This document shows, piece after piece, positions 40,401 through 50,516 of a stretch of DNA of 64,000 nt. The first letter of the stretch is position 1, and each line of letters opens with the position of its first letter. The position numbers and the translations under genes are program-made. This DNA is from an uncultured Enterobacteriaceae bacterium (GTDB lineage Bacteria > Pseudomonadota > Gammaproteobacteria > Pseudomonadales > Pseudohongiellaceae): positions 34,842-98,841 of the forward strand of contig CAZDCK010000007.1 in the NCBI GenBank assembly GCA_964503965.1. Reading direction: 5' to 3'. Below the pieces are notes generated by a model, which made no database searches, had not been told where the DNA came from, and saw nothing but the letters and a program-made list of their open reading frames with translations.

Positions 40401-40959
40401 CAATTCTTACAGGCTGGGTTCCCCCCATCGGAAAAATATCCATGATTGAACCCCGCACAGCGAATTCCCCATGCTCGTAGACTGACTCGACGCAATGATA
40501 GCCGGCTGACTCCAGTTCACGTCTCATGGCATCAAGGTCAAGTTGTCCACCCACGTTGAGACTGAGACTCATGCCCCTGATATATGTCGTTGGTACCAGG
40601 CGGTGCATGATTGTGCTGACCGGCACAATCAGGATGGCGTTACTTGCCTGGGGAAGTGAGGATAGTGTGCTCAGACGCTGGGAAATAATGTCCTGGTGGG
40701 GAGAGAAATTATCGTAGGGCAAAATTTCCCAGTCGGGAAATTCAAGAATATCGACCTGGCCGTTACTGAAAAAGCGACATTCGGCCTGCAACCTTTCGGC
40801 TTGCTGGCTATTCTCGGTGACAACGACACTTAAACCGCCACTCTGCCGTGTGTAATTGACCAGGACAAGACTGCCAGCGGCACCAGCCATACCTCCCCAG
40901 CGTTGTTTATCCCGGGCAATGGTCAGATCCGGCAGTGAATGTAACTGCAAAATATTCAT
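37495..40959 (-). CDS. mfd: transcription-repair coupling factor Mfd
   Basis: 1154 aa. It has a UvrB-homology N-terminus, an RNAP-interaction domain, superfamily-2 translocase motifs (GDVGFGKTEVALRAAF, LIIDEEHRFG, LTLTATPIPRTL, QLRGRVGR) and a TRCF C-terminal domain. Confidence 0.95.
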   Translation of the reverse strand: MNILQLHSLPDLTIARDKQRWGGMAGAAGSLVLVNYTRQSGGLSVVVTENSQQAERLQAECRFFSNGQVDILEFPDWEILPYDNFSPHQDIISQRLSTLSSLPQASNAILIVPVSTIMHRLVPTTYIRGMSLSLNVGGQLDLDAMRRELESAGYHCVESVYEHGEFAVRGSIMDIFPMGGTQPVRIELFDEDIESLRHFDPETQLSNDKVETIELLPGKEFPLTEQGIATFRRNFREAFDIDVRKCPLYDDISRGNAVAGIEYYLPLFFEELNTLYDYLPDKTAFFTVGDVPAAADLFWHEVRLRYEDRKVDPERPLLAPDKLFLSTESLFSSVRDYPQVNLVPGKPEKSQAVLPVHTVGDLDVEHKRDNPLEKLKTFLDSLEDTPVLFCADSAGRREALIELLAASGLKVQHMDNWEAFVTERPSLGITVAPLESGVWLDDPSMVLITESMLFTDHVSQPRRRGKFTDNADFIIKSLTELRINAPVVHIDHGIGRYKGLQTFEVEDQLTEFLVLEYADEAKLYVPVSSLHLINRYSGADADHAPLNKLGSDQWEKAKRKAAKKVIDVAAELLDVYARREAQKGKKFDIPEDDYRVFANSFPFEETDDQEDTINAVVNDLRQEKAMDRLVCGDVGFGKTEVALRAAFIAVSNNTQVAILVPTTLLAQQHYDNFKDRFADWPVNIALMSRFVSGKQHALNMDQLASGKVDIVIGTHKLLQSDTKYKDLGLLIIDEEHRFGVRQKERLKALRANVDILTLTATPIPRTLNMAMSGIRDLSIIATPPARRLSVKTFVRESTPRLIKEAIQRELLRGGQVFFLHNEVRTIEKAAEDLRVLLPDAKICVGHGQLRESQLEKVMSDFYHRRYNVLVCSTIIETGIDIPTANTIIVERADKFGLAQLHQLRGRVGRSHHQAYAYLLTPHPKSMSQDALKRLEAIGAADTLGAGFVLASHDLEIRGAGELLGDEQSGHIQTIGFSLYSEMLEHTVKLMKQGKTPDLNHPLHSGAEVNLHIPALITEEYLPDVHTRLMMYKRIANAADNRELDELKIEMIDRFGLLAEPTKLLFEVTYMKLQAESLGISKVEANSRYGKIVFDSETAVEPYSVVKLVQEQPQVFSMNGATELRFRTDMSDPEHRITFTKELLTALTPQSLQVA

Positions 40960-41143
40960 GGGTGAAAAGGGAGTCCTTGTATGGGAATGTGGTCGTGCCT
41001 GTGGAGGGTTGCAACGAAAAATACCGACAATCTGGTCCTGGTTACATCATTTTCAATATCCGGCAATGGGAAATAGACAAAGAAGGTGCATATTTGGATA
41101 ATACGCGCCTCTTTTTATTCTTAATTTTACAGGAAATTAAACA

Positions 41144-42616
41144 GTGGAACGACCTAGTGTAGACGACTATTTTGGTGACTGGAAAGCCAGGGAGGCGCTG
41201 GCCCAGGAAATGTTGCCGATCATGGGAAAGCTGGAAAATGAAAAAAACGTCCAGATTTTCCTTTACGGAAGAACCCTGAACAACCGTTCAGTTGCCAATA
41301 TCATGAAGTCTCACAGGCGGGTACGTGAAGTTGCCCGTAATGAGCTGTCTGAATTTGAAAGCAATCCGGTGCTCAAAGCCGTTGCCAAGCTGGACTTGTG
41401 CCCGGCGCAGATTGACCTGGGCAAGCTAACGGTTAAATACATGCAGGCCCTGGAAGAGAATGCTGATGTCGATCTGGATGCGCTTGTTGCTGAGGAACTG
41501 TCCCATCTGGTAGGAGTCGATTACAAGCCTGTAGACAAGCCCACTGACGTTGTCCTGTATGGTTTCGGTCGCATTGGCCGCCTTGTCACACGATTACTGC
41601 TTGAGCAGACTGGAAACGGTGAGGTCATGCGCCTGAGGGCTATAGTGGTCAGGAAGTCGGGAGAGGGTGATCTTCTCAAGCGTGTTAACCTGCTGCGTAA
41701 TGATTCAGTGCATGGTTCCTTCTCCGGGACGGTCCGTGTTGAAGAAGAAAACAACAGAATCGTTGCCAATGGTAATGTCATTGAGATCATTTACGCTGAT
41801 AGTCCCGATTCCATTGACTATACCCAGTATGGAATAGATGATGCCCTGATCATTGATAACACCGGCAAATGGCGTGACAGGGAAGGGCTGAGTCTTCACC
41901 TGAAGTCCAAAGGTGTGAAAAAAGTCATGCTGACGGCGCCAGGAAAAGGTGACCTCAAGAATATCGTGATGGGAATTAATCACGACACGATTGATCCTTC
42001 TGATCAGATCATCTCTGCGGCATCATGTACTACCAATGCCATTGCGCCTGTGCTGAAACTGATTCATGAGAAATATGGCCTGGTTCATGGTCATGTGGAA
42101 ACTGTGCATGCCTATACCAATGACCAGAACCTGATTGACAACTTCCACAAGGCTGATCGTCGTGGCCGCAGTGCGCCAATGAATATGGTACTTACCGAGA
42201 CTGGTGCAGCAAAGGCTGTTTCCAAGGCGGTTCCCGAGTTGGAAGGAAAGCTGAGCGGTAATGCCGTCAGGGTACCGGTAGCGAATGTTTCCATTGCCAT
42301 TTTGAACCTGACCCTGTTGACCGGGTCCAGCGCCGAAGAAATCAATGAATACCTGAGGGAGATTGCCCTGCATTCACCCCTGCAGAACCAGATTGGCTAT
42401 ACGGAATCTCCGGATGCCGTCTCCAGTGATTTCATAGGATCGAAGGAAGCCTGTACTGTGGATGCTACCGCCACCAAGGTTAATGGCAAGAACATGATTC
42501 TTTACCTGTGGTATGACAATGAGTATGGCTACAGTGCCCAGGTAGTCAGGATGGTCAGCCGCCTGGCTGGAGTTAAATATCTTACCTATCCGGCCGATGA
42601 CTCCATGGCCAACTAG
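41144..42616 (+). CDS. long-form glyceraldehyde-3-phosphate dehydrogenase with an N-terminal extension of about 130 aa
   Basis: 490 aa from a GTG start. The GAPDH core has VLYGFGRIGRL (Rossmann) and the catalytic SAASCTTNA. The N-terminal extension (GDWKAREALAQEMLPIMGKLENEKNV...) resembles the extension of the P. aeruginosa gap homologue next to mfd, as I recall it. Confidence 0.85.
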   Translation: MERPSVDDYFGDWKAREALAQEMLPIMGKLENEKNVQIFLYGRTLNNRSVANIMKSHRRVREVARNELSEFESNPVLKAVAKLDLCPAQIDLGKLTVKYMQALEENADVDLDALVAEELSHLVGVDYKPVDKPTDVVLYGFGRIGRLVTRLLLEQTGNGEVMRLRAIVVRKSGEGDLLKRVNLLRNDSVHGSFSGTVRVEEENNRIVANGNVIEIIYADSPDSIDYTQYGIDDALIIDNTGKWRDREGLSLHLKSKGVKKVMLTAPGKGDLKNIVMGINHDTIDPSDQIISAASCTTNAIAPVLKLIHEKYGLVHGHVETVHAYTNDQNLIDNFHKADRRGRSAPMNMVLTETGAAKAVSKAVPELEGKLSGNAVRVPVANVSIAILNLTLLTGSSAEEINEYLREIALHSPLQNQIGYTESPDAVSSDFIGSKEACTVDATATKVNGKNMILYLWYDNEYGYSAQVVRMVSRLAGVKYLTYPADDSMAN

Positions 42617-42617
42617 G

Positions 42618-43706
42618 GTGTTCAAAGCCGGTAATTTCACGCATCGTATATTGCCGGCTTTTTTAATTACGCTCTGCCTGCTGCTGCTTTTTTCTGACGG
42701 CCTTGCCTGGTTCGGGCATCCGGTCAGCCCGGATTCGCACACTGTTTTGACTATTTCCGGTGAGACAATGGGCACCCGTTACAGGGTGCTTGTCCGACCA
42801 GGAATGAATACTGGCGTTAAAAGCCTTGAGGTGCTCAATGACAGTATCAGGGCACGCCTTTCCTGGTTGGACAGGGGGCTATTCTCCACCTATGCCCCTG
42901 ACTCCGAGCTGTCACGCCTGAATGCAACACCGCCGGGTTCGGCAATGTCTGTATCCAGTGAGATGATCCAGGTCCTTGAAAACGCTGTGGTTATCTACCG
43001 CAATTCCGGTGGAGCCTTTGATCCCTCTGTAAAGCCGCTTGTGGATTTATGGGGTTTTGGTGCTGTTTCCCCGACGCAGTTGATCCCAGATGCAGATGCC
43101 ATCAATGCTGGTCTGGCAATGAAGGGCTTTGATTCACTGCTCATCGACTCGGAGAGGAAGACGGTGACCAAGTCCCACCCGCTGGCACTGGATCTTTCTG
43201 CCATAGCCAAGGGGTACGCCGTGGACCAGGTTGGACAAATGATTGAGAATCACCATATCCGTGATTATCTTATCGATATTGGTGGTGAAGTCTTGGTCAG
43301 CGGCAACCGTTCGGAGGGAGTCCCCTGGAACGTGGCAATCGAACGCCCGGATGATCTTCAATTTGAAAAGAAAAGTTTACTGTACCAGCAAGTGCGTACG
43401 GAAAACGGCAAAACGGCAATAGCCGGGTCGGGTGATTATCGTAATTTCTTTATTCATGAAGGCAGGCGATATTCCCATACCATAAATCCGGAGAGCGGCT
43501 GGCCGATTTCCCATGATCTGGCGTCAGTGACTGTCATAGCGGATTCAGTAATGGCCGCAGATGCCTGGGCGACTGCATTACTGGTTCTTGGCCTGAAGGA
43601 AGGCTTGTTGCTGGCAAATGAATTACAATTGGCGGCCTACTTTATCGTTTCAGGAAGCAACGGGTACAGTGCCCGTCACTCAGAGGCTTTCAACCGGTAT
43701 TTTTAA
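42618..43706 (+). CDS. apbE: FAD:protein FMN transferase ApbE
   Basis: It has a signal/anchor (ILPAFLITLCLLLLFS), then TMGTRYRV, DLSAIAKGYAVD, LIDIGGEV and AIAGSGDYRNFF...HTINP motifs of the ApbE family. The GTG at 42618 lies 1 nt after the gap stop codon. The track start at 42597 would overlap gap. Confidence 0.85.
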   Translation: MFKAGNFTHRILPAFLITLCLLLLFSDGLAWFGHPVSPDSHTVLTISGETMGTRYRVLVRPGMNTGVKSLEVLNDSIRARLSWLDRGLFSTYAPDSELSRLNATPPGSAMSVSSEMIQVLENAVVIYRNSGGAFDPSVKPLVDLWGFGAVSPTQLIPDADAINAGLAMKGFDSLLIDSERKTVTKSHPLALDLSAIAKGYAVDQVGQMIENHHIRDYLIDIGGEVLVSGNRSEGVPWNVAIERPDDLQFEKKSLLYQQVRTENGKTAIAGSGDYRNFFIHEGRRYSHTINPESGWPISHDLASVTVIADSVMAADAWATALLVLGLKEGLLLANELQLAAYFIVSGSNGYSARHSEAFNRYF

Positions 43707-43730
43707 GCAACCCAGGTATTCGGACACAGC

Positions 43731-45128
43731 ATGAGTAAATCCAAGAAAAAATATGACCTGCTTGTCATCGGCAGTGGTCCTGCTGGTGAGGCTGCCGCCA
43801 TGAATGCGGCCAAGGCTGGCAAGGATGTCGCCGTTGTAAGTGACAAGCCCAGTTTGGGCGGAAACTGTACTTTCCTGGGGACAATACCCTCCAAAGCGAT
43901 TCGCTACTCCGTCAAGCAGGTAATTACTTTTCATACCAATCCTTTGCTCAGGGAGCTGGGGGGTATGAAGAAACTGACCTTCCAGCAAGCCCTGAAGCAA
44001 GCCGAGCGTGTGATTTACGAGCAGAGCAAATCACGTAGTGATGCCTATGAGCGCAATAATGTATCCGTTATCCAGGGCACAGCCCAGTTTGTGAACAAAA
44101 ACCAGATACAGGTCACTGAAGGCAAGTCCAGGACCCAATACGAAGCAGACAATTTCATTATTGCCACAGGTTCTAGGCCATACCGTCCGGGTGACGTAGA
44201 TTTCAGGCATCCCCGGGTTTTTGACAGCGACACCATACTGCAGCTCAAGAGCACACCAAAAAAAGTCACCATTATCGGTGCCGGGGTAATTGGATGTGAA
44301 TACGCTTCGATATTTGCCGGAATGAAGGTCAAGGTGGAAATGATTAATCCAGCGGACTCGCTGCTTTCCTATCTGGATACAGAGATCACCGATGCACTGA
44401 GTTACCATCTCCAGAATATGGGGGTAAGGTGCCGCCATCAGGAGCATTTCAGCAAGCTGGAATACCATGATGATCACGTGGTGACCTATCTGGAGTCTGG
44501 CAAGAAGATCAAGAGCGATATACTCCTATGGGCTAATGGGCGTACCGGAAATACCGATAACCTGAATCTCGATGCCGTTGGTCTGGAAGCTGACAGCAGA
44601 GGACGGCTGAGCGTCAATGGCCATTACCAGACTGATACAGACAACATTTATGCAGCCGGTGACGTTATTGGCTGGCCCTCACTGGCCAGTGCTGCCTATG
44701 ACCAGGGCAGGGCGGCCTGCAGCGCGATTATCAATCCCGATGAGTTTCATTTTGTCGAAGATGTTGCCACCGGTATCTATACCATTCCTGAAATTAGCAC
44801 TGTGGGTTATACCGAACAGGAGCTGACCGAGAAAAAAGTGCCCTACGAGGTTGGTAAGGCTTTTTTCAGGAACATCGCACGAGCACAGATTACCGGTGAT
44901 GAGGTGGGCATGCTTAAGATTATCTTTCATTTTGAAACGCTGGAAATTCTGGGTATACACTGTTTCGGTGACCAGGCGTCTGAAATTGTCCATATCGGTC
45001 AGGCCATCATGAATCAGCAGGGTGAGGCGAATAACCTGAAATATTTCATTAATACGACCTTTAATTACCCGACCATGGCCGAAGCATACAAAGTAGCCGC
45101 ACTCAATGGCTTTAATCGGCTGTTTTGA
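43731..45128 (+). CDS. sthA: soluble pyridine nucleotide transhydrogenase (Si-specific NAD(P)+ transhydrogenase)
   Basis: 465 aa. It has the FAD-binding [16 protein letters not shown] and the NAD-binding [13 protein letters not shown] motifs. [13 protein letters not shown] carries a single Cys with Thr in place of the second redox Cys, which is typical of SthA versus Lpd. Confidence 0.88.
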   Translation: MSKSKKKYDLLVIGSGPAGEAAAMNAAKAGKDVAVVSDKPSLGGNCTFLGTIPSKAIRYSVKQVITFHTNPLLRELGGMKKLTFQQALKQAERVIYEQSKSRSDAYERNNVSVIQGTAQFVNKNQIQVTEGKSRTQYEADNFIIATGSRPYRPGDVDFRHPRVFDSDTILQLKSTPKKVTIIGAGVIGCEYASIFAGMKVKVEMINPADSLLSYLDTEITDALSYHLQNMGVRCRHQEHFSKLEYHDDHVVTYLESGKKIKSDILLWANGRTGNTDNLNLDAVGLEADSRGRLSVNGHYQTDTDNIYAAGDVIGWPSLASAAYDQGRAACSAIINPDEFHFVEDVATGIYTIPEISTVGYTEQELTEKKVPYEVGKAFFRNIARAQITGDEVGMLKIIFHFETLEILGIHCFGDQASEIVHIGQAIMNQQGEANNLKYFINTTFNYPTMAEAYKVAALNGFNRLF

Positions 45129-45564
45129 GTATTTTGATGCATTCTTTTCAATATAGGTGCTGTCTGCCTGCAGGCCTTGATTTATATAGGGCTTGAACGA
45201 AAAAACGCTTGATTGCAAAAAGCGGAAAGTGTAAATTGGCACCCCGCTTGAAGCAGTGAAATTTTTGTCGTTTTGACCGCTCTTTAGTCTTTTTTTTCGA
45301 AAGAACAGCGGTTCACTGCCCGCAGACAGTTTTGGTTGAACTGACCACTACTGAAGACCCAGAAAATTTTTTAGCCATTGCCCGATGTTTTCACTGAATG
45401 CATTGTCGTAGTGTCATCAATTTTCTCAAGACGGACCTGTCTATTGCCCTGGTCCGGATGATGTAGTACAGACAGTGTGAGAGAAAAAGCTGACAAGCTT
45501 TGCGCACTGGAAATTCTTTCAGGCCAGGTCCTGAAAGCATTCTGATCACAAGATAAAACACAGG

Positions 45565-46050
45565 TTGGCAGGTTTGAATATAGATCTATTTCCCCTGGTA
45601 CTTTACGGCTCAATTGTCATTATCGCGATTGTCGGCCTGCTGATTGTCTCAACCGTGCTTGGTCAGAAGCGAAGCGATCATGCTACCCAGGATGTTTATG
45701 AATCTGGTGTACTGCCTACCGGCTCGCCAAACATCAGGATTTCCGTCCCTTTCTACCTTACTGCCATTCTTTTCATTATTTTCGACCTTGAAGCGGTATT
45801 CCTGTTCGCATGGGCTGTGTCGATTCGTGAGGCCGGGTGGGTCGGTTTTATTGAGGTCGCTATTTTCATTGTGATTCTTGTCGCCGGCCTCGTATATCTC
45901 TGGAAAAGTGGCGCACTGGAATGGCGTACGTCACGCCAGCGTCATGACAGGGATCTCGTCAAAGGCCCTGGTGGTGTCGTCAATATCAGGGATGGAAAGA
46001 AAATTGAAGAAGAAATTACCCAGGATAATCATCATGGGGGAGGTCACTAA
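45565..46050 (+). CDS. nuoA: NADH-quinone oxidoreductase subunit A
   Basis: Three TM helices are present. YESGV.PTG and [14 protein letters not shown] are NuoA/ND3 signatures. The start is non-ATG (TTG 45565). A hydrophilic tail of about 40 aa follows GALEW. Confidence 0.85.
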   Translation: MAGLNIDLFPLVLYGSIVIIAIVGLLIVSTVLGQKRSDHATQDVYESGVLPTGSPNIRISVPFYLTAILFIIFDLEAVFLFAWAVSIREAGWVGFIEVAIFIVILVAGLVYLWKSGALEWRTSRQRHDRDLVKGPGGVVNIRDGKKIEEEITQDNHHGGGH

Positions 46051-46745
46051 TGAGTTGGGAACTGGTCCGTCCTGAAGAAGTCTCTGACCCGCGTCCGGGC
46101 ATGGGAGAGTTTGATGACTATATTCGCAAGAATGTCATCATGACCAGGCTTGAAGATATGCTGGCCTGGAGTCGTAAAAACTCACTCTGGCCATATAACT
46201 TCGGCTTGTCTTGCTGCTATGTTGAGGCAGCAACAGCCATTTCCAATCGCCATGATATTTCCCGTTTCGGTGCCGAGGTTTTTCGCGCTACACCACGGCA
46301 GGCTGACATGATTATTATCGCCGGTACCGTGTTCAGGAAGGTGGCGCCGGTGGTCCAGCGTCTATATGAGCAAATGATGGAGCCGCGCTGGGTGATATGC
46401 ATGGGATCCTGTGCCAATTCCGGTGGTATGTATGACATCTACTCCGTTGTTCAGGGGGTGGACAAATTCCTGCCTGTGGACGTTTATGTATCTGGATGTC
46501 CCCCGCGTCCGGAAGCATTATTGCAGGGACTTACCCTGCTTCAGGATTCCATAGGCAAGAAACGCCGCCCCGTAAGCTGGGTTATCAATGATCAGGGTAT
46601 CCACGAGCGTGAAAAAGTGGAAATCCAGCGTGAGAAACGCCTCAAAGACCGCATCAGTGCCACTGAACTGGTGAGTCCGGATGAGGTAGGACCTAGCTAC
46701 TGGGACGTTGCCAGCGGTAAAAAAGGTCCGCATGACCAGGATTAA
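46050..46745 (+). CDS. nuoB: NADH-quinone oxidoreductase subunit B
   Basis: N2-cluster cysteines are in [19 protein letters not shown] and GCPPRPEAL. The start ATG overlaps the nuoA stop (TAATG). Confidence 0.95.
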   Translation: MSWELVRPEEVSDPRPGMGEFDDYIRKNVIMTRLEDMLAWSRKNSLWPYNFGLSCCYVEAATAISNRHDISRFGAEVFRATPRQADMIIIAGTVFRKVAPVVQRLYEQMMEPRWVICMGSCANSGGMYDIYSVVQGVDKFLPVDVYVSGCPPRPEALLQGLTLLQDSIGKKRRPVSWVINDQGIHEREKVEIQREKRLKDRISATELVSPDEVGPSYWDVASGKKGPHDQD

Positions 46746-46800
46746 TCCTCTTTTGCAGACACAGACATACACATAAGCACACTTAAAATAGAGACAAGAG

Positions 46801-48585
46801 TTGACTACCGTAAGCGAACAAACAGCCCAGGAAGCACAGGCACAGCAACCCGCTGTCATTGATGCCCTTTACCGGAAGTTTGGTGAATCCACTTTTGTAC
46901 GTCAGCATACTGCCGAAGGCATGCCGACATTGTGGGTGCCACGCAGCCAATTACTCGACATACTGCGTTACCTGCGCGATGAGTATCGCCCCCGCTACGA
47001 GATGCTGCTCGACGTAACCGCTATAGATGAACGCATGCGTGTCAACAGGCAGGGGCAGCCTGACAGTGATTTTACAGTGGTCTACCACCTGATTTCCTAT
47101 TCGGGTAATTGTGATATTCGTCTCAAGGTAGCTCTGTCTGAAAACGACCAGAATATCCCGACGGTTATCTCCCTGTGGCCAGCTGCCAACTGGCATGAGC
47201 GGGAAATGTGGGACATGTTTGGCATAAATGTAGAAGGCCATCCCAACCAGAAAAGAATTTATACGCCTCCCACCTGGGTTGGACACCCCCTACGCAAGGA
47301 TCATCCCGCCAGGGCTACGGAAATGGACTGGTTCCAGATGAGCGACGAAATTCAGGATCGTGAACAGGAAGCCATGCTGTTTGATCCTGAGGAATGGGGC
47401 ATGACCCGTCATTCCGATACTTCCGAGTACATGTTCCTCAACTTTGGTCCTAATCACCCGGCCGCCCACGGTATTATCCGCTTTGCCCTGCAACTCGATG
47501 GTGAGTATGTGATTAATTGCGTACCTGACGTGGGATACCACCACCGCGGCGCAGAAAAGATGGGCGAACGCCAGAGCTGGCATACCTACATTCCCTATAC
47601 AGACCGTATTGATTATCTCGGCGGTGTCATGAATAACCTGCCTTATGTCATGGCGGTTGAAAAGATGGCTGGCATCAAGGTTCCTGAGCGGGTTCAGACC
47701 ATTCGTGTGATGCTCGCCGAATTCTTCAGGATATGCAGTCACCTGCTTTTCTATGGCACCTGGGCCGTTGACCTTGGGCAACTCTCGCCCCTGTTTTACT
47801 GTTTCGAAGATCGTGAAAAAGCATTCAACATAATCGAATCAATCACCGGTGGGCGTATGCATCCCAGCTGGTTCCGTATCGGTGGTGTTGCCCAGGACCT
47901 GCCAAATGGCTGGGACAAGCTGATTCGTGAGTTCGTTGAATACTTCCCGAAACGTCTTGCCGAATACGACAAGATGATTATGGCAAATACCACTATCCGC
48001 CAACGTACCCAGGGTGTGGGTTCCATGACTACACAGGATGCATTTGACTGGGGTATGACCGGTCCGGCCCTGCGTGCAACCGGACTTGAATGGGACTATC
48101 GCAAGAACAGGCCCTACAGCGGGTATGAAAACTTCGAGTTTGACGTGCCAATTGCCGTTAACGGTGATTGCTATGACAGGGCTGCTGTGCGTGTTGAAGA
48201 GATGCGCCAGAGCTGTCGAATAATCAAGCAGTGCGTAGAAAATATGCCGTCTGGTCCTTACAAATCAGACCACCCCCTGGCAACACCTCCTATCAAGGAA
48301 AAGTCTAAGCAGGATATTGAAACCCTGATTGATCACTTCCTGAGCGTGAGCTGGGGACCAATTATTGATCCAACAGAAGTGTCGATGACTATCGAGGCGA
48401 CCAAGGGTCTGAACATGTACTACCTGATCAATGATGGTGGTAGTGGCTCCTATCGCACGCGCATAAGAACGCCTTCTTTCATCCATATCCAGGCAATACC
48501 ATTCCTGAGTCGTGGGCTGATGCTGGCAGACTTTACTGCCGTCGTCGCTACCACTGATTTTGTGATGGCAGATGTGGACAAGTAG
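46801..48585 (+). CDS. nuoC: NADH-quinone oxidoreductase fused subunit C/D
   Basis: 594 aa from a TTG start. The N-terminal 30-kDa NuoC module ([14 protein letters not shown]) is fused to a 49-kDa NuoD module ([22 protein letters not shown]-terminal ...DFVMADVDK). The same fusion occurs in E. coli and Pseudomonas. Confidence 0.93.
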   Translation: MTTVSEQTAQEAQAQQPAVIDALYRKFGESTFVRQHTAEGMPTLWVPRSQLLDILRYLRDEYRPRYEMLLDVTAIDERMRVNRQGQPDSDFTVVYHLISYSGNCDIRLKVALSENDQNIPTVISLWPAANWHEREMWDMFGINVEGHPNQKRIYTPPTWVGHPLRKDHPARATEMDWFQMSDEIQDREQEAMLFDPEEWGMTRHSDTSEYMFLNFGPNHPAAHGIIRFALQLDGEYVINCVPDVGYHHRGAEKMGERQSWHTYIPYTDRIDYLGGVMNNLPYVMAVEKMAGIKVPERVQTIRVMLAEFFRICSHLLFYGTWAVDLGQLSPLFYCFEDREKAFNIIESITGGRMHPSWFRIGGVAQDLPNGWDKLIREFVEYFPKRLAEYDKMIMANTTIRQRTQGVGSMTTQDAFDWGMTGPALRATGLEWDYRKNRPYSGYENFEFDVPIAVNGDCYDRAAVRVEEMRQSCRIIKQCVENMPSGPYKSDHPLATPPIKEKSKQDIETLIDHFLSVSWGPIIDPTEVSMTIEATKGLNMYYLINDGGSGSYRTRIRTPSFIHIQAIPFLSRGLMLADFTAVVATTDFVMADVDK

Positions 48586-48625
48586 GCTGAAAAGCAAGAT
48601 TCTCCAGTAGGAAATTGATCTAGAA

Positions 48626-49138
48626 ATGAGCAACATCATCGCCAGTACAGCCGTCAAGGCAAGAACGCTGACTGAAGAAGAAATTCACGAGATAGAGCAT
48701 GAAAAAACGCACTATCCGTATACGCAGGCAGTGGGTCTTGAGGCGCTGAAAATTGTACAGAAATACCAGGGCTGGGTGTCCGATGAAAGCCTGTTGGCCG
48801 TGTCCGAGTATTTGGATATTCCACCGGATGAGCTGGAAGGAGTCGCGACATTCTTCAATATGATTTTCCGGCGACCGGTAGGTAAGTATGTCATCAGGTT
48901 ATGTGACAGCGTCGCCTGCTGGATGCTCGGGTGTGATTCCCTGAAAGACCATATCACCAATACCCTGGGTATTGAGTATGGAGAGACAACCGAAGACAAC
49001 CTGTTTACATTGATTCCTGTGCAGTGTCTGGGTGCCTGTGACAGGGCGCCAATGATGATGATCAATCGTGAAACCTACCGGGATATAACACCTGAGAAGA
49101 TTGATGACATTGTGGCTGAATACAAGGCGAAGGGCTAA
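48626..49138 (+). CDS. nuoE: NADH-quinone oxidoreductase subunit E
   Basis: 170 aa thioredoxin-like [2Fe-2S] protein with cysteines in LCDSVACWMLG and CLGACDRAP. Confidence 0.92.
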   Translation: MSNIIASTAVKARTLTEEEIHEIEHEKTHYPYTQAVGLEALKIVQKYQGWVSDESLLAVSEYLDIPPDELEGVATFFNMIFRRPVGKYVIRLCDSVACWMLGCDSLKDHITNTLGIEYGETTEDNLFTLIPVQCLGACDRAPMMMINRETYRDITPEKIDDIVAEYKAKG

Positions 49139-49185
49139 ACCCTGGTTACAGAGACTCAATAGAGTTCAGAGATTCGACTGAGAAA

Positions 49186-50454
49186 ATGGACAAACCTTTA
49201 ACAAAAAATATCGAAGCAGGTCGCTTACCGTTTGATTTCAAGCAGTATGAAGCGGCTGGTGGCTATGAAAGTGTCCGCAAGGTAATAACCATGGAACCTG
49301 GCGATGCGGTTAACCTGGTCAAGGAAGCCGGCCTGGGTGGCCGTGGTGGTGCCGGGTTCAACACGGGCCTTAAATGGAGCTTTGTTCCTCCACCCGATGG
49401 TGGCCCCCGTTACCTTGTCGTCAATGGCGACGAAATGGAACCGGGTACGTTCAAGGACAGATTGCTGATTGAACATGATCCTCATCTCCTGATTGAAGGG
49501 ATGATCACCGCCAGCTATGCCATACAGGCCAGCACCGGATATATCTTCCTGCGGGGTGAATATATCGAGTGCGAGGAGCGTCTTCTCAAGGCTATTGACG
49601 AGGCTTATGAGAATGGCATGCTCGGCAAGAATATTCTGGGATCAGGGTTTGATCTGGATATATACCTGCATACCAGTGCCGGGCGCTATATCTGTGGTGA
49701 AGAAACCGCCCTTATCAATGCTCTCGAAGGCAAAAGGGCCAATCCACGAGCCAAGCCGCCATTTCCACAGGTTAGTGGGTTGTGGGGCAGGCCAACGGTT
49801 GTGAATAATGTAGAGACCATCTGCAACATTCCCGGCATCGTGGCCAATGGCACTGATTGGTATCAGGGGCTTGGCAAAGGGGAGCATGTTGGAACGCGTA
49901 TATCCGGTGTCAGTGGCAGGGTAAACAATCCTGGTTGCTGGGAAGTGCCGGTTGGTATCACTTTCAGGGAATTGCTGGAAGATTATGCCGGTGGCATGAA
50001 GGATGGTTACGAACTTAAGGCATTTTTGCCCGGTGGAGGGTCAACTGATTTTCTCATGCCCGAACACCTGGATCTCGTGATGGATCCCGGTGAAGTCCAG
50101 AAAGCAGGCAGCCGTCTGGGTACATCCCTGATAATGGTCCTTGATGACAAAACATGTCCGGTGGGTTGTGTTCGTAACCTGATCAAGTTTTTTGCCCATG
50201 AAAGCTGTGGCTGGTGCACGCCCTGCAGGGACGGTTTGCCCTGGGTTGAGCATATTCTCAACAAAATGGAAGAGGGCAAGGGTGAAATGAAGGATATCGA
50301 GATCCTGAAGGAAATGACCGGTTACATGGCACCGGGAAATACCTTTTGCGCATTGGCACCTGGAGCGGCAGAACCTTTGCAGAGCGCACTCAAGTATTTC
50401 ATGGATGAGTTTGAAGACCATGTAAACCATGGTTGCAGCTACCAGAAACATTGA
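49186..50454 (+). CDS. nuoF: NADH-quinone oxidoreductase subunit F
   Basis: 422 aa. The NADH/FMN site is GLGGRGGAGFNTGLKW and GDEMEPGTFKDR. The N3 cluster motif is ESCGWCTPCRDG. Confidence 0.95.
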   Translation: MDKPLTKNIEAGRLPFDFKQYEAAGGYESVRKVITMEPGDAVNLVKEAGLGGRGGAGFNTGLKWSFVPPPDGGPRYLVVNGDEMEPGTFKDRLLIEHDPHLLIEGMITASYAIQASTGYIFLRGEYIECEERLLKAIDEAYENGMLGKNILGSGFDLDIYLHTSAGRYICGEETALINALEGKRANPRAKPPFPQVSGLWGRPTVVNNVETICNIPGIVANGTDWYQGLGKGEHVGTRISGVSGRVNNPGCWEVPVGITFRELLEDYAGGMKDGYELKAFLPGGGSTDFLMPEHLDLVMDPGEVQKAGSRLGTSLIMVLDDKTCPVGCVRNLIKFFAHESCGWCTPCRDGLPWVEHILNKMEEGKGEMKDIEILKEMTGYMAPGNTFCALAPGAAEPLQSALKYFMDEFEDHVNHGCSYQKH

Positions 50455-50516
50455 TAAATTACGTTAAATAGTACTTATAAATATTTGATTATTAAGTATT
50501 TATAGAGGTTTTAAAA

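Noticed and set aside
45270-45320. Imperfect hairpin GACCGCTCTTT...AAAGAACAGCGGTTC with a T8 run in its loop, downstream of sthA
   Set aside because: The T-run sits inside the loop rather than after the stem, and the stem is interrupted. It is not a convincing intrinsic terminator.
45371-45613. 80-aa minus-strand ORF in the sthA-nuoA intergenic region that overlaps the nuoA start
   Set aside because: It overlaps the nuoA 5' end in antisense and has no motifs, so it is probably spurious. The 436-bp region is more likely the nuo promoter and leader. A weak TTGATT-17-TAAATT match at 45209-45237 was noted but is too weak to list as a feature.
46746-46800. CA-rich low-complexity spacer (acacagacatacacataagcacac) between nuoB and nuoC
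   Set aside because: It is a short spacer inside a conserved operon with no dyad symmetry and no ORF. It is probably just the RBS-containing linker ahead of a TTG-start nuoCD.
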